Shown here: positions 1-11,701 of the stretch, one piece after another | Position numbering within the stretch: position 1 is the stretch's first letter | Layout: each line of letters opens with the position of its first letter | Assembly (NCBI GenBank): GCA_002269645.1 | Contig: NIVC01001117.1 | Span: 1 to 64,000 of the forward strand | Source of the DNA: Macrostomum lignano | Taxonomy: Eukaryota | Reading direction: 5' to 3' | DNA length: 64,000 nt | Made by a program: the position numbers and the translations under genes | The notes under the pieces: generated by a model | Told to the model about the DNA's origin: nothing | Databases searched by the model: none | What the model saw: the letters and a program-made list of their open reading frames with translations, nothing else

Positions 1-56
<56 letters not shown>

Positions 57-57
57 G
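1..57. repeat. (GACA)n microsatellite
   Basis: Direct reading. Confidence 0.95.
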
Positions 58-427
58 TGAGATAGCTGCTCTCTTGCTAACTCTACTTACAAGTGAGTAG
101 CCATAGTATTTATTTATTACCTATGGCAGATGTCAGCGAACTCCGGCCTTCAGGCTGCATGCGGCCCGCGAAGTCTCTAACTGGCCCTCTGGTCCTTTGA
201 AACTTCACAAAAGCACTCTGGCTCCTTCAAGGCTTAATATTTCTTCCCAGTTTCTTCTCTTCTCTAAACTCTTCTTTCTTTCTCCCCTCCCCTCTCTCCC
301 TACTCTCCTCTTCTCTCTTGTCTTTTCTCCTTTCCACTCTCATCGGCCCGCAGACCCTCGAGGTTAAAAAAGTTTTTGGTGACCCCTGTTCTGTGGCACT
401 ACAATGTCTATTAAAAAAACTGAACAG

Positions 428-3400
428 GCCCCTAGATTGCAAGAGCTCACCAGCAGCATTCGGAGTACCTGCGACACACTTCTGGAGCGCCTGTCAGTCA
501 GGGCAAAGCTGAAATTTGTCGGAAAAGGCGTCTACGAAAGCGAGCTGGCCCAGCTGGCCAGAGATGCTCAGGACACGCTGGAGAGTCTGCAGAGGCTGCG
601 CGATTGCCAACTGCTCAGCGCTGATGAGGCCGCGGTGACCGGCATGCGACTGCTGGCTAGGTGCGGTTTGTATCTGTCTGCGGTCCCCAGCCTCTCAGAT
701 CCTCGGGTGCTCGGCCAGCCACCCAGATCCTCAGTTGCTGTGCCAGCCTCCCAGATGCTCAGTTGCTGGGCCATGCAGCCTCCCAGATCCTCAGTTGCTG
801 GGCCATGCAGCCTCCCAGATCATCAGTTGCTGGGCCATACAGCCTCCCAGATCATCAGTTGCTGGGCCATGCAGCCTCCCAGATGCTCAGTTGCTGGGCT
901 ATGCAGCCTCCCAGATCCTCAGTTGCTGGGCCATGCAGCCTCCCAGATCCTCAGTTGCTGGGCCATGCAGCCTCCCAGATCCTCAGTTGCTGGGCCATGC
1001 AGTCTCCCCGATCCTCAGTTGCTGGGCCATGCAGCCTCCCAGATCCTCAGTTGCTGGGCCATGCAGCCTCCCAGATCCTCAGTTGCTGGGCCATGCAGCC
1101 TCCCAGATCCTCAGTTGCTGGGCCATACAGCCTCCCAGATCCTCAGTTGCTGGGCCATGCAGCCTCCCAGATCCTCAGTTGCTGGGCCATGCAGCCCCCA
1201 GATCATCAGTTGCTGGGCCATGCAGCCTCCCAGATGCTCAGTTGCTGGCCATGCAGCCTCCCAGATCCTCAGTTGCTGGGCCATACAGCCTCCCAGATCC
1301 TCAGTTGCTGGGCCATGCAGCCTCCCAGATCCTCAGTTGCTGGGCCATGCAGCCTCCCAGATCATCAGTTGCTGGGCCATGCAGCCTCCCAGATGCTCAG
1401 TTGCTGGGCCATGCAGCCTCCCAGATGCTCAGTTGCTGGGCCATGCAGCCTCCCAGATCCTCAGTTGCTGTGATCAATCCTTACGTATGTCTTCAGACTT
1501 CGATGCTATCAGGCGCTCCCACGATTATAGAATGCTTTAGACAGAGCTGGTGGGATTTTCAAATTGCCCCGCAAACCGCTACCGCAGCTGCCTGGTCATG
1601 AACAGCCAATCCGACCGCGTCATCAAGAAAGGCAAGGCCAAGTACGAGCTGCGCCTGCGCCACCTGTGCCCCCACTACCTGTCACAGCGCCTGCTAACGC
1701 TGCGGGTTGCCGTACTCACCGAGGAGCTGATGCAGAGCCTGGAGACTCTCAACCAAGAACAGTTGGAGAAGCTGCACAGCGAATCCGGCCTGGAGAGCCG
1801 CAGTGGGCAGTGCAGGAGCTCGGCTAGCGGCGAGGTGGTTCTGAAGATGAAGTTCACCTCTCTGCCCAGGGAGACTTCGCACAGCGGCGGCGGGGTCTGT
1901 CATCAAAAATTTGCTCTGGTCGCCTTCACCGAACTGGACTCCAATGAGTTTAGACTGGTGAGACTGACTGACTGACTGACTGACTGACTGACTGACTGAC
2001 TGACTGACTGACTGACTGACTGACTGACTGACTGACTGACTGACTGACTGACTGACTGACTGACTGACTGACTGACTGACTGACTGACTGACTGACTGAC
2101 TGACTGACTGACTGACTGACTGACTGACTGACTGACTGACTGACTGACTGACTGACTGACTGACTGACTGACTGACTGACTGACTGACTGACTGACTGAC
2201 TGACTGACTGACTGACTGACTGACTGACTGACTGACTGACTGACTGACTGACTGACTGACTGACTGACTGACTGACTGACTGACTGACTGACTGACTGAC
2301 TGACTGACTGACTGACTGACTGACTGACTGACTGAGGAACCAGTACCATATTTTTCTTATCCCTGAATCCCTGCGACACCCCTGTGCAACGGGCAGCCTG
2401 ACGGCGCTCTCAGCCTGGCTCTGTGCTGCTCCCAGCCCGTGGTGTTCATCACCCACGACAGCCAGAAGCCGGCCGCCACTGTCACGGTGCTGCACGACTC
2501 CCTGGCTGCGCTGCCGGGCAGGCTCGGCTTCGAGACCGAGCTAGTGAAGAGCGCGAACGACGTTGTTCGAATTTTTGATCAGCTGGCCTACGATGAGCTG
2601 CAGCGGGGCCTCACGGCTGAGCAGATTGGCTATCTGGCCGGGCTGCTGGAGTCTGGACAGCCGGGTGAGCTGGCTAACAATAGGAGAGATCGCAGTCTCC
2701 CAGAGCCTCAGATCCCCGAGAGATCCTCAGATCCCCAGAGATCCTCAGATCCCCAGAGATCCTGAGATCCCCAGAGATCCTGAGATCCCCAGAGATCCTG
2801 AGATCCCCAGAGATCCTGAGATCCCCAGAGATCCTCAGATCCCCAGAGATCCTCAGATCCCCAGAGATCCTCAGATCCCCAGAGATCCTCAGATCCCCAG
2901 AGATCCTCAGATCCCCAGAGATCCTCAGATCCCCAGAGATCCTCAGATCCCCAGAGATCCTCAGATCCCCAGAGATCCTCAGATCCCAGAGATCCTCAGA
3001 TCCCCAGAGATCCTCAGATCCCCAGAGATCCTCAGATCCCCAGAGATCCTCAGATCCCCAGAGATCCTCAGATCCCCAGAGATCCTCAGATCTCAAAAGA
3101 TCCTCAGACCCATAAAGATCCTTAGATCCCCAAAGAAAGATTCTCGAATCTCCAAAGATCCTCAGATCCCCAGAGATCCTCAGATCCCCAGAGATCCTCA
3201 GATCCCCAAAGAAGGATCCTCAGATCCCCAAAGATCCTCAAATCCCCAAAGAAATATTCTCAGATCCCTAAAAATCCTCAGATCCCCAAATAAATCCTCA
3301 ACTCCCAAAAAAAAGATTCTCAGGTCATCAAAGATTAACTCATCCCCAGAGATCCTCAGATCCCCGAGATCCTCAGATCACCAAAGATCCTCAGATCCCC

Positions 3401-4169
3401 AAGATCCTCAGATCACCAAAGATCTTGAAAATTATCAAGATCCCCTTGACCTCAAAATCCAAAAAATCCTCAGTTTCTTGGCCAGCGCAAATACACTTGC
3501 ATATACTTCAAGTATAATGCGCTAGTATGATTTCTAGCACTGTATATGCACTTAATAACCCTTCCCGCAGACGGGGTGCACAGCCTGAGCAGTCTGACCA
3601 AGAACAAGCCGCCCAGTCTGAACAAATCGCTATGCGACTTTGTGTTCGCCTGTCTGAAACACGCCAAAGACTTCTGCCCGAAGCTCTGGTCTGAGGGTCT
3701 CGTATTCGGTTTCGCTAGCAAAGCCGCCGCCGCCAGTAAACTTCTATGCCAGCCCAACTATCCTATTGGCAGTTTCTTATTGCGCTTCTCCGAGACCACC
3801 AGTTACCTGTCCGTCACGTGGAAACGCTCGGACAGTCACGTTGAAGCCTTGGAGCCATTCAGTCCGGAGGAGTTGAAGTCCAGCAAGCTGGAACAGCTGC
3901 TGGCTGGCAAGGCTAAGCTGCGCTATCTAGTGAAACCAGACGGCAGCCACCAGGCCAAGGACATCGCGCTGCGACCGTTGCTGCAGTCGGGCTGGAGCCA
4001 GCGGGGCAGGGCCAGCTTGGATGGCTACGTGCCGCGCGCTGTGCTGGACCAGGACGACGAGTCCATCATCACTGAGTCAGACATGAGCGCCTTGCAGCTC
4101 GGCGGCATTGCGGAGGAGGTCACTTTGAGAGAGCTGATGGGGCAGGACGACTCTGACGGTCTCTGTTAG
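428..4169 (+). CDS. STAT: STAT-family transcription factor (STAT5-like), last four exons: about 428-660, 1588-1957, 2397-2664, 3571-4169; 5' exons probably upstream of the window
   Basis: Phase-consistent GT-AG splicing (phases 2, 0, 1) joins LLASCLVMNSQSDRVIKKGKAKYELRLRHL (DNA-binding domain start), PVVFITHDSQKPAATVTVLHDS (cf. STAT5 [22 protein letters not shown]), RGLTAEQIGYL (linker), SH2 core LWSEGLVFGF...GSFLLRFSE and tail motif DGYVP (cf. STAT5 DGYVK). The exon 1 start is uncertain. Confidence 0.9.
700..1470. repeat. 32-bp minisatellite (gggccatgcagcctcccagatcctcagttgct) in STAT intron
   Basis: Direct reading. Confidence 0.95.
1962..2334. repeat. (GACT)n microsatellite starting right after the STAT donor site
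   Basis: Direct reading. Confidence 0.97.
2700..3470. repeat. 18-bp minisatellite (gatccccagagatcctca), decaying rightward, in STAT intron
   Basis: Direct reading. Confidence 0.93.
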
Positions 4170-4182
4170 TTTAAGCTGAGCT

Positions 4183-4480
4183 TTCCAAGCCTCTGCATGT
4201 GCGGAATCTCTCCCTAATCTCATGAGAGATTTCCAAGCCTCTGCATGTGCGGAATCTCTCCCTAATCTCATGAGAGATTTCCAAGCCTCTGTATGTGCGG
4301 AATCTCTCCCTAATCTCATGTAAGATTTCCAAGCCTCTGCATGTGCGGAATCTCTCCCTAATCTCATGAGAGATTTCCAAGCCTCTGTATGAGTATGTGG
4401 GGAATCTCTCCCTAATCTCATGAGAGATTTCCAAGCCTCTGCATGTGCGGAATCTCTCCCTAATCTTAGGTGAGATTTCC
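4183..4480. repeat. 48-bp tandem repeat just downstream of the STAT stop
   Basis: Unit tttccaagcctctgcatgtgcggaatctctccctaatctcatgagaga. Confidence 0.93.
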
Positions 4481-5064
4481 AATGATCTGATTTGCTTCAT
4501 TCTGGAATCATGCTAAGATTTTAAAAAATCCATTTGGTTTGTTTGGAAATGTTTTAAGAAATAATGAAGATGCTTCAATATTTTTGTATCGTTTTTACTA
4601 AAACTTTTTATCTTAACTTTCCAACTAACAGAACTTGTATTTTTGGAATTCCCTTCTTCTTAAAAGAACGATCAACACTTCGAGCGCCGTTAGTAACTAG
4701 GCAAAATTGTGACGAGTTTTAATTTAGTAGAACATTTGGTGCCTGTCTAGTCTAAAATCTGTATTCTATGCCTACATTCGTTTTGCTGGGAAAATGTACT
4801 AAAATTCTGTGAATAGCTTTCTTTGTATTTTATTAGTGTAATAATAGGCACCATCCAAGTGCTATATATTCGTTCATAATGAATGTTTATCAAAAATTCA
4901 AAATTGACGCGTTAATTATTTGTTAAACAAGCCTTCAAGATCTGGGATATATTGCTGAAATTATTATGTACAGTAGCATATATTGTATTGCTGCTTCGCT
5001 TGCAGACGCCAAAAAGCTGCAATGAAAAGCCTTCTCAGTGTAATGCTCATAGATAAGCTCATTT

Positions 5065-5505
5065 TGGCGCCTTCTCCTGATTCTTGAGCACCCTCTCCTG
5101 ATTCTTGAGCACCCTCTCCTGATTCTTGAGCACCCTCTCCTGATTCTTGAGCATCCTCTCCTGATTCTTGAGCACCCTCTCCTGATTCTTGAGCACCCTC
5201 TCCTGATTCTTGAGCACCCTCTCCTGATTCTTGAGCACCCTCTCCTGATTCTTGAGCACCCTCTCCTGATTCTTGAGCACCCTCTCCTGATTCTTGAGCA
5301 CCTCTCCTGATTCTTGCGCACCCTCTCCTGATCCTCGGGCACCCTCTCCTAATCCTTGAGCACCCTCTCCTGATTCTTGAGCACCCTCTCCTGATCCTCA
5401 AGCACCCTCTCCTAATCCTTGAGCACCCTCTCCTGATTCTTGAGCACCCTCTCCTGATCCTCGGGCACCCTCTCCTAATCCTTGAGCACCCTCTCTTGAT
5501 TCTTG
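5065..5505. repeat. 21-bp minisatellite (gcaccctctcctgattcttga)
   Basis: Direct reading. Confidence 0.93.
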
Positions 5506-5734
5506 GGGTAGACCCCTGCCACCCTCCCTGATGCTGGGCGTGGGCCGCCCGTCACCCTTTCCTGACCGAACTTTGACGCTGTGACTTCATCTTGAATTCT
5601 CTTGAACCCCTTGATTTTCACCTTTTGTATGTTGACAAATTATTAATTATCAAGTAACTTGTAGCATTCAAAATTTTAAGTCTTCTTATCGTTAAATATT
5701 GTTCTTTAAATCATTGGCTGTCCTGTTCAACTCT

Positions 5735-7564
5735 TTAAGTGCCGGTCACCAAGTCAACGAAACAGCGGCGGAGTCGTCGGCTGAACAGCAGGTACCAGAG
5801 CGGCACCAGCACCGTGTTGCAGTAGAACATGATGGTGACTGTCTTGTGCACAGCCAGAAATTGTTGGGAACTCTTTTCGGCTGCCTCGGCCAGTAGGCCG
5901 GGCGCGCAGGTGACCAGGTAGGGCAGGGTCGGCAGCAGAAGCAGCAGGAAAGACACCAGGCTGCGCCGGACCGCCTGTCTCAGGCTCACTTGATCTCGGC
6001 GCCGTTTCAGCGCCTCTTGATGACTAAATCGGCGACTGCGGCTGATGTCCGTGAACTGAGGCTGTTGTTGTTGTTGTTGCTGCTGCTGCTGAGGCCACTC
6101 GGCTGAGGTTGCCAAACTGAGCCTTCGCGAGTCTAGCGAAGCCAAGCTCGGCTCGGCTGGCAGCTGCAGGAAGCTGTTCAACTGCATCATCGACGCGTCG
6201 CCGCCGCCGCCGGAGATGCGCTGGGGCCGGCTTAATCTGGCTCGAAAATTGGACTCGCGGTCGACCAAGATGGACACGGACTCCAGTCCGGTCTCGTAGC
6301 CAACCCGGACTGGTTGGCTCTCCGGGGACGGCGATGTCCTTGCCAACGAGTGCAGAATCGCATAGTAGCCACGGCAAATGTAGGCCACCAGACCCACTAC
6401 CAGGATGATGAGGAGTGCGTATGAGGCCACTGAGCCCGCGTTTGTCTCCTTGATCACCTGGTTTTCGTGCTCCAGCCTGTATGGAACGGTTGATTAGCGG
6501 TAAAGAGCCGGTAGCTTTGACCTCGAGTCGGCTTGAACTGCCAAGTCCTCTTTCTAAAGCCAGTTGTTAGCTAATCCATCTAGACCACTCACTGTCCTGT
6601 CTGTAGCCCCCCCCATCTAGACCACTCACTGCCCTGTCTGTAAGCCCCCCCCCATCTAGACCACTCACTGCCCTGTCTGTGGTCCCATCTAGACCACTCA
6701 CTGCCCTGTCTGTGGTCCCATCTAGACCACTCACTGCCCTGTCTGTAAGCCCCCATCTAGACCACTCACTGCCCTGTCTGTAAACCCCCTCATCTAGACC
6801 ACTCACTGCCCTGTCTGTAAGCCCCCCATCTAGACCACTCACTGCCCTGTCTGTAGCCCCCCCCCCATCTAGACCAGTCACTGTCCTGTCTGTGGTCCCG
6901 TCTAGACCACTCGCTGTCCTGTCTGTAGTCTCATCTAGACCACTCACTGCCCTGTCTGTAGCCCCATTTAGAGTCACACTAGAGAGCACTGAACTACCGC
7001 AACTTGCAATGGTGAATGGTGCACCAACCCAGAGAAGGCAGGCACAGTAAGCGGCAGGAATCTATTCTGCCGGCACTCCGACAGCGGCCTGAACTGCAGC
7101 AGCACCAGGAGCGAGGACAGCAGCAGCGACAGCACCCAGTCCAGCATGAGCAGCTTTCGCACTAACGCCTTCTTCCTGCTCAGCGTCACCTGGAATTGGC
7201 CCAGAACCTTGCCGCGGAAGTAGGCAATGCAGCCGAAGCATATCAGATAGTGAAGCAGGCAGCAGACTATGATAAAACAGCTGAAGGTTTTCAGCACGAC
7301 CGGCATTAGATTATGACAGGCTCGACGCTCCAGGCTAACGCGCAGTATGGACAGGCCGATATCCACGCTAAGCAGCAGGTCGATTGCGCAGAAATTCAGC
7401 AGCAGACCGTTCGGCGGCGCGTGCAGACAAGGCGACTTGACAATGGTTAGAATCAGCGCCGAGTTGACTGTCGCTGATAGAACGAATAGCACGGCTAAAA
7501 CGCTCGTCTCCCCTACTATCATGTCTATTATGTGGTGTATTCGATCTGCTTGTTCCGATGGCAA
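5735..7564 (-). CDS. Orphan rhodopsin-like (class A) GPCR, 2 exons (7564-7029, 6476-5735), about 425 aa
   Basis: Phase-2 intron (GG|gttggt...ccatacag|G) joins the two track ORFs. Seven hydrophobic segments with TM1 Asn (TVNSAL), TM2 Asp (NFCAIDLL), TM4 Trp, TM5 Tyr, TM6 Pro, TM7 VPLWY and helix 8 FSRRLRRCF; polyQ in ICL3. Confidence 0.85.
6575..6970. repeat. About 33-36-bp minisatellite (catctagaccactcactgccctgtctgt...) in the GPCR intron
   Basis: Direct reading. Confidence 0.92.
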
Positions 7565-8639
7565 CCTTTGCTGACAGCTGACTAGCTAAAGAGCTCAGTC
7601 TGCTAAGATCAGATGCTCAAGCAACGTGGATGGCAATCTTCGATCCTCTGCAGTTTAAATTGCGCTTCCTTTATGAGCAGTTGCTTCTCCCAATCCTTTT
7701 AACTAATCACAATCTGTTGCGCTGTGCGGGCGGAATTAGTGCCGAGTTCAGTCGCGCAATCAGATGCTGTTTAAACACAATATCAGGAAGCGATGCAAAG
7801 TGGCGGCTGTGGTCTCCTAACTCTTGTGCCCACGGCCCCAACGCCACTTCGCCTCTTTCAAGACCATGTTAACGCTCTCGTGAATAGCGATAAGAGAGTT
7901 TGACTGCGGTCAACTCTGCATGTGGGCAGCAGGTCATGCGCGTTTCATCTCCTTCGTACTCGTACGATAAGTGACTTAGCTGTTTTACTATGTTTAGTTA
8001 AACACTGTTGCAGAAACAGCATTACAAAACTATTCAATATGATCCGATATAGTATACAGTAGCGTATATAGTATTGTACCTACATGATTTACACCGTGTA
8101 CTATATGATTTGCTGGTAGAGACCCATGCAGATATGATTATTAAGGTCAGCAAATCTTTAAAGAGCATGGTGGTTCCTTAATTTCTTTTAATTCAACAGC
8201 ATAATGTACGAGTACACAGTATATATGTACATTTCGACTGTAACCAAATTAGTTCGTCGAGCACTGACGACCACCCTGACGCAGCGGCTGCTGTCTGAAC
8301 TTTCTCAAATCATCACGAACCTGTTGAAAAAACATACACTGCTGTCTTGGAGGAAACCCTGTTGATGCACACACTCCATCGCATATTTAAAAAAAATGTT
8401 TCCAACCCAAGAGAGGACCCGACGACCTTATGGCCCTGTGAACCAACGCGGCATCGCCCTTAATTATATGTACATGTACCTTGCATGGCCAAGCTGCTCA
8501 ACACAATCCTTCGAAATGGGCTGCTCCCTGGGCTTAACCCGCTTCTCAGCCTTCAAATGGCTTCAGACCTGACAGATCATCGACTAACCGTCCTACAGTA
8601 TACCCACGTACATATATACTGGTACGAGTAGTCCCCTTG

Positions 8640-8885
8640 CTCGATCAAGAGCTTGCGAGCCCTAGCTAGCTGCCTCTCAGTGCGATTCTTCGACGAATGC
8701 GCCTGTCACTCGTTGGCCACGTCCTCAGACGCCACAATAGAGGCAAAGCAAACCCTCTCGCTAAAATGGCTCTGCATGACTACCATGCACTGACATCCAG
8801 GCCATTGACCCATGTGACTGCCTCTTCTTGCTCCTCCCAACTCTTCAGAAAGTTGGGTGCGATAGACCGACCCTTCCGTGTCTGA
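8640..8885 (+). pseudogene. Possible degraded 3' fragment of a non-LTR (RTE-like) retrotransposon ORF
   Basis: Translation PLSAILRRMRLSLVGHVLRR resembles the RRxRLxxxGHVLR motif downstream of LINE reverse transcriptases. No RT core is visible. Confidence 0.3.
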
Positions 8886-10493
8886 GCAGTGAGCATCTGA
8901 TCAGCTGATATTATTAATATTATATATTAATCAATTGTTAGTTTATGTAGATTATTGACGCCGTATTCTTAAATAAATTTATAAAATTATTCCTAAAACT
9001 GTCGTAAAAATACACAGCCTTGACATCTGTTTAAGTAGTTTTTCTGAAAATTGTTTTACTAAAGATAAGGCTTTGGCTATTTTAAATGTTTATTATTTAT
9101 TCGAAACGAGTTGCAGCGAGCCTGTCTTATCCTGCAGAATCGTTCGTTAAATTCACTGTACGCACATTTTTTAACTATTGACATGAAACTTTCCAAAATT
9201 ATGCTAAAATTATGCCAACATTTTAAAAATGTTTTGGCTATTAAATTTCATTTGTGGGGGGTTGTAAGTTACAACCATATTAATACAAATATCGATGTAA
9301 CTTTTATTCATTCATCATTTCAAAGTATCCAAAAATACCTTTTGAACAAGTATTTAATACATCGACTTATATTGGCCGAACAGGCTTTTTGCCAGAGCCA
9401 AACTTACTTACTCTACTACTACTAAAAAAGCTCACAACATAACATGGAACTTTGTGCAGAAGATTTTGACTTTTGAGTGATGTCTGACTTCAGGTAGCCT
9501 CTCAGACTGGAACACACTTGGTCTATATTGCTTTCTGGCGGAGCTGCTGTTCCTGTAGGCTTGTAAATTAGTTTAATAGCTCATTAAAATGCTCGCAATA
9601 CCTTTGTTTGGCATTGGGAGAAAGATTCCATGCTGTAGGCTAACTCGGCAATGTTGCAATTTGTTCAGATTCAGCAGCTCAGCAGCAGGTACAACCTCAG
9701 CAGCTGGGATTATAAATGGTTGTGCAGCTTGACGTCCTGCCATGACTTGCAAAATATTTTATATCTTAAGCAATTCTAGGTTGAGAAACCCCTCACTAAA
9801 ACTTGCCCAAAAGTGTCTATGGCCTTTTAGGATGACGTGGCATGACAAGTCAGCATAAATTTAAACCCTCTGTGACACATTGGTGTGTATTCAAAAGTAA
9901 AAATAATTATGCGAAACAAACTGCAACATTGCTGCTAATGCCTATATCATATTGGTATTCACCATCTCACATACTAGGCCTACCTGCATTTAAAAGCAAA
10001 AAATGGGCCTACTATGGATTAAATATTTGGTTTTATTTGTTTTTTTAAACATTTCATGTGTGCCACTATTAGCCTAGCTATCTAGACCTATGACTAGGCC
10101 TATTGCCTATTGCCTATAACACTACAAGTTATGCTATTATTATACTATGTATTAAGCCAAGTCCAGTACTAAGTGCTAGGCACAATTCTAATATTCAGAT
10201 ACTATTATTAGCATGTAATACTTTTTGTTTTAGGTATTAGAATATCAAAGCCAATACTTTTTGATAATATAGGAGTTTGTTAGGAACTTTCAAAATAATT
10301 TTTAATTTTTTTAATAGTCTAATAGGGCCTAGTCTAATACTAATATTAATAAAATTTTGTACATTAAAACTATATTGAATAGAATTTTAAAAATTGAACT
10401 GGACAAATAATAAAAAGCTATATACTGGCTTTAATAATATAATAATATGATAATATACAAAAGGTAAATATCATAATCAATATTATTTATATA

Positions 10494-10761
10494 CTCGGCA
10501 ACATTGAAAAGTCGCCACTCTATGCGCCAGTGAGCAATTTCTCTTTGACTTTTCTGAACTAAAAGATACGAGAAAACTGATTGGGGTAGCTTTTATCAGT
10601 TCAACCCTAGCACACCGCACTTGCCCAACTTCATTCCTCAACCCAAGTAGCTAAGTTGCGTCACTTGCAAAGATTTAGAGAATTTACCTACACTCTCAAA
10701 AGTGGCAACAGCTGACCACAGATGAAATCTTCTGTGATGGCGACTTTTTGATGTTGCTGAG
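10494..10761. mobile_element. MITE copy 1 (about 26-bp TIRs, TA flanks; Tc1/mariner-like)
   Basis: Left end ctcggcaacattgaaaagtcgccac and right end gcgactttttgatgttgctgag are inverted repeats, flanked by TA on both sides. Confidence 0.75.
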
Positions 10762-11701
10762 TATATATAGCTTTTTATTATTAGTCTACTTCAATTTCTA
10801 AAATTATGTTTAATATAATTTTAGAAAGTAGGTAAGGCCTATTTGTTATCATTCTAAGAAAGACTAAAAAGCTAAGTCTTATTTAGCAAAGCCTAATATA
10901 TTGCTATACTTGCTTATTTCTAAACAACAAAATAACTTCTTTGAATCATTAATCAAATTTGTAAAAAGTCAAAAAAGTCAAACTAATAAAATATAACTTT
11001 TATTTCATTATAATGCTCTTTTTATAACAGGGCACCTTAAGTTTTATTTTAGCTGAAATGGCATATTCCAAAGAGTATACTATATATAAACTCATTGTGT
11101 TGATACTTGATATTATTTAAGAAGCTTTCTATATGAATACGAATCTTGCTTAAACTTTTTAAATGATTACCATGTTAGAGTCATAGTATTGATAATTTGA
11201 AGTCCTAAATTAAGTTTGTCTTATATAGCTATTTATATATTGCTTTATGGTAATATAAGCATGCTAATAATCTCATTAGATTTATTGGTTTATAATACAG
11301 TTGTTCATACACAGACCTTTTTACATATAATGGTTTAAATCTAAAGTAAGTTTAAACATAAGTCTAAAAGAACTTAAACTTGATGAAAGAAACTGAAACT
11401 ATAGGGCCTAAGGGAAATTGGTATATGTCTTACAAAATGCAAACTGTCTGTAATTTTTTTATAAGATGCTATAAAATAATACTTACACTTGATCAATTGT
11501 GGTGCCATAATTTGTTTTAACTTCACTGCCACAGAAGAATTATTTTTGTTTTTTTACTTTGCCATTTTTGAGCCTTCAATTTTTTTAAGCAACAATATCT
11601 GAACTTTCTACTTCAAGTAGCGCAAATCCTTGTTGCCCTCCAGACTAGCACTAGTTAGCCGCCGCGCATCGTACAGTTGCACAGTCAGCAGGCGGGTCGC
11701 C

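Noticed and set aside
9430-9950. Slightly GC-richer island within an AT-rich tract, possibly a transposase relic
   Set aside because: No recognisable motif or termini by eye.
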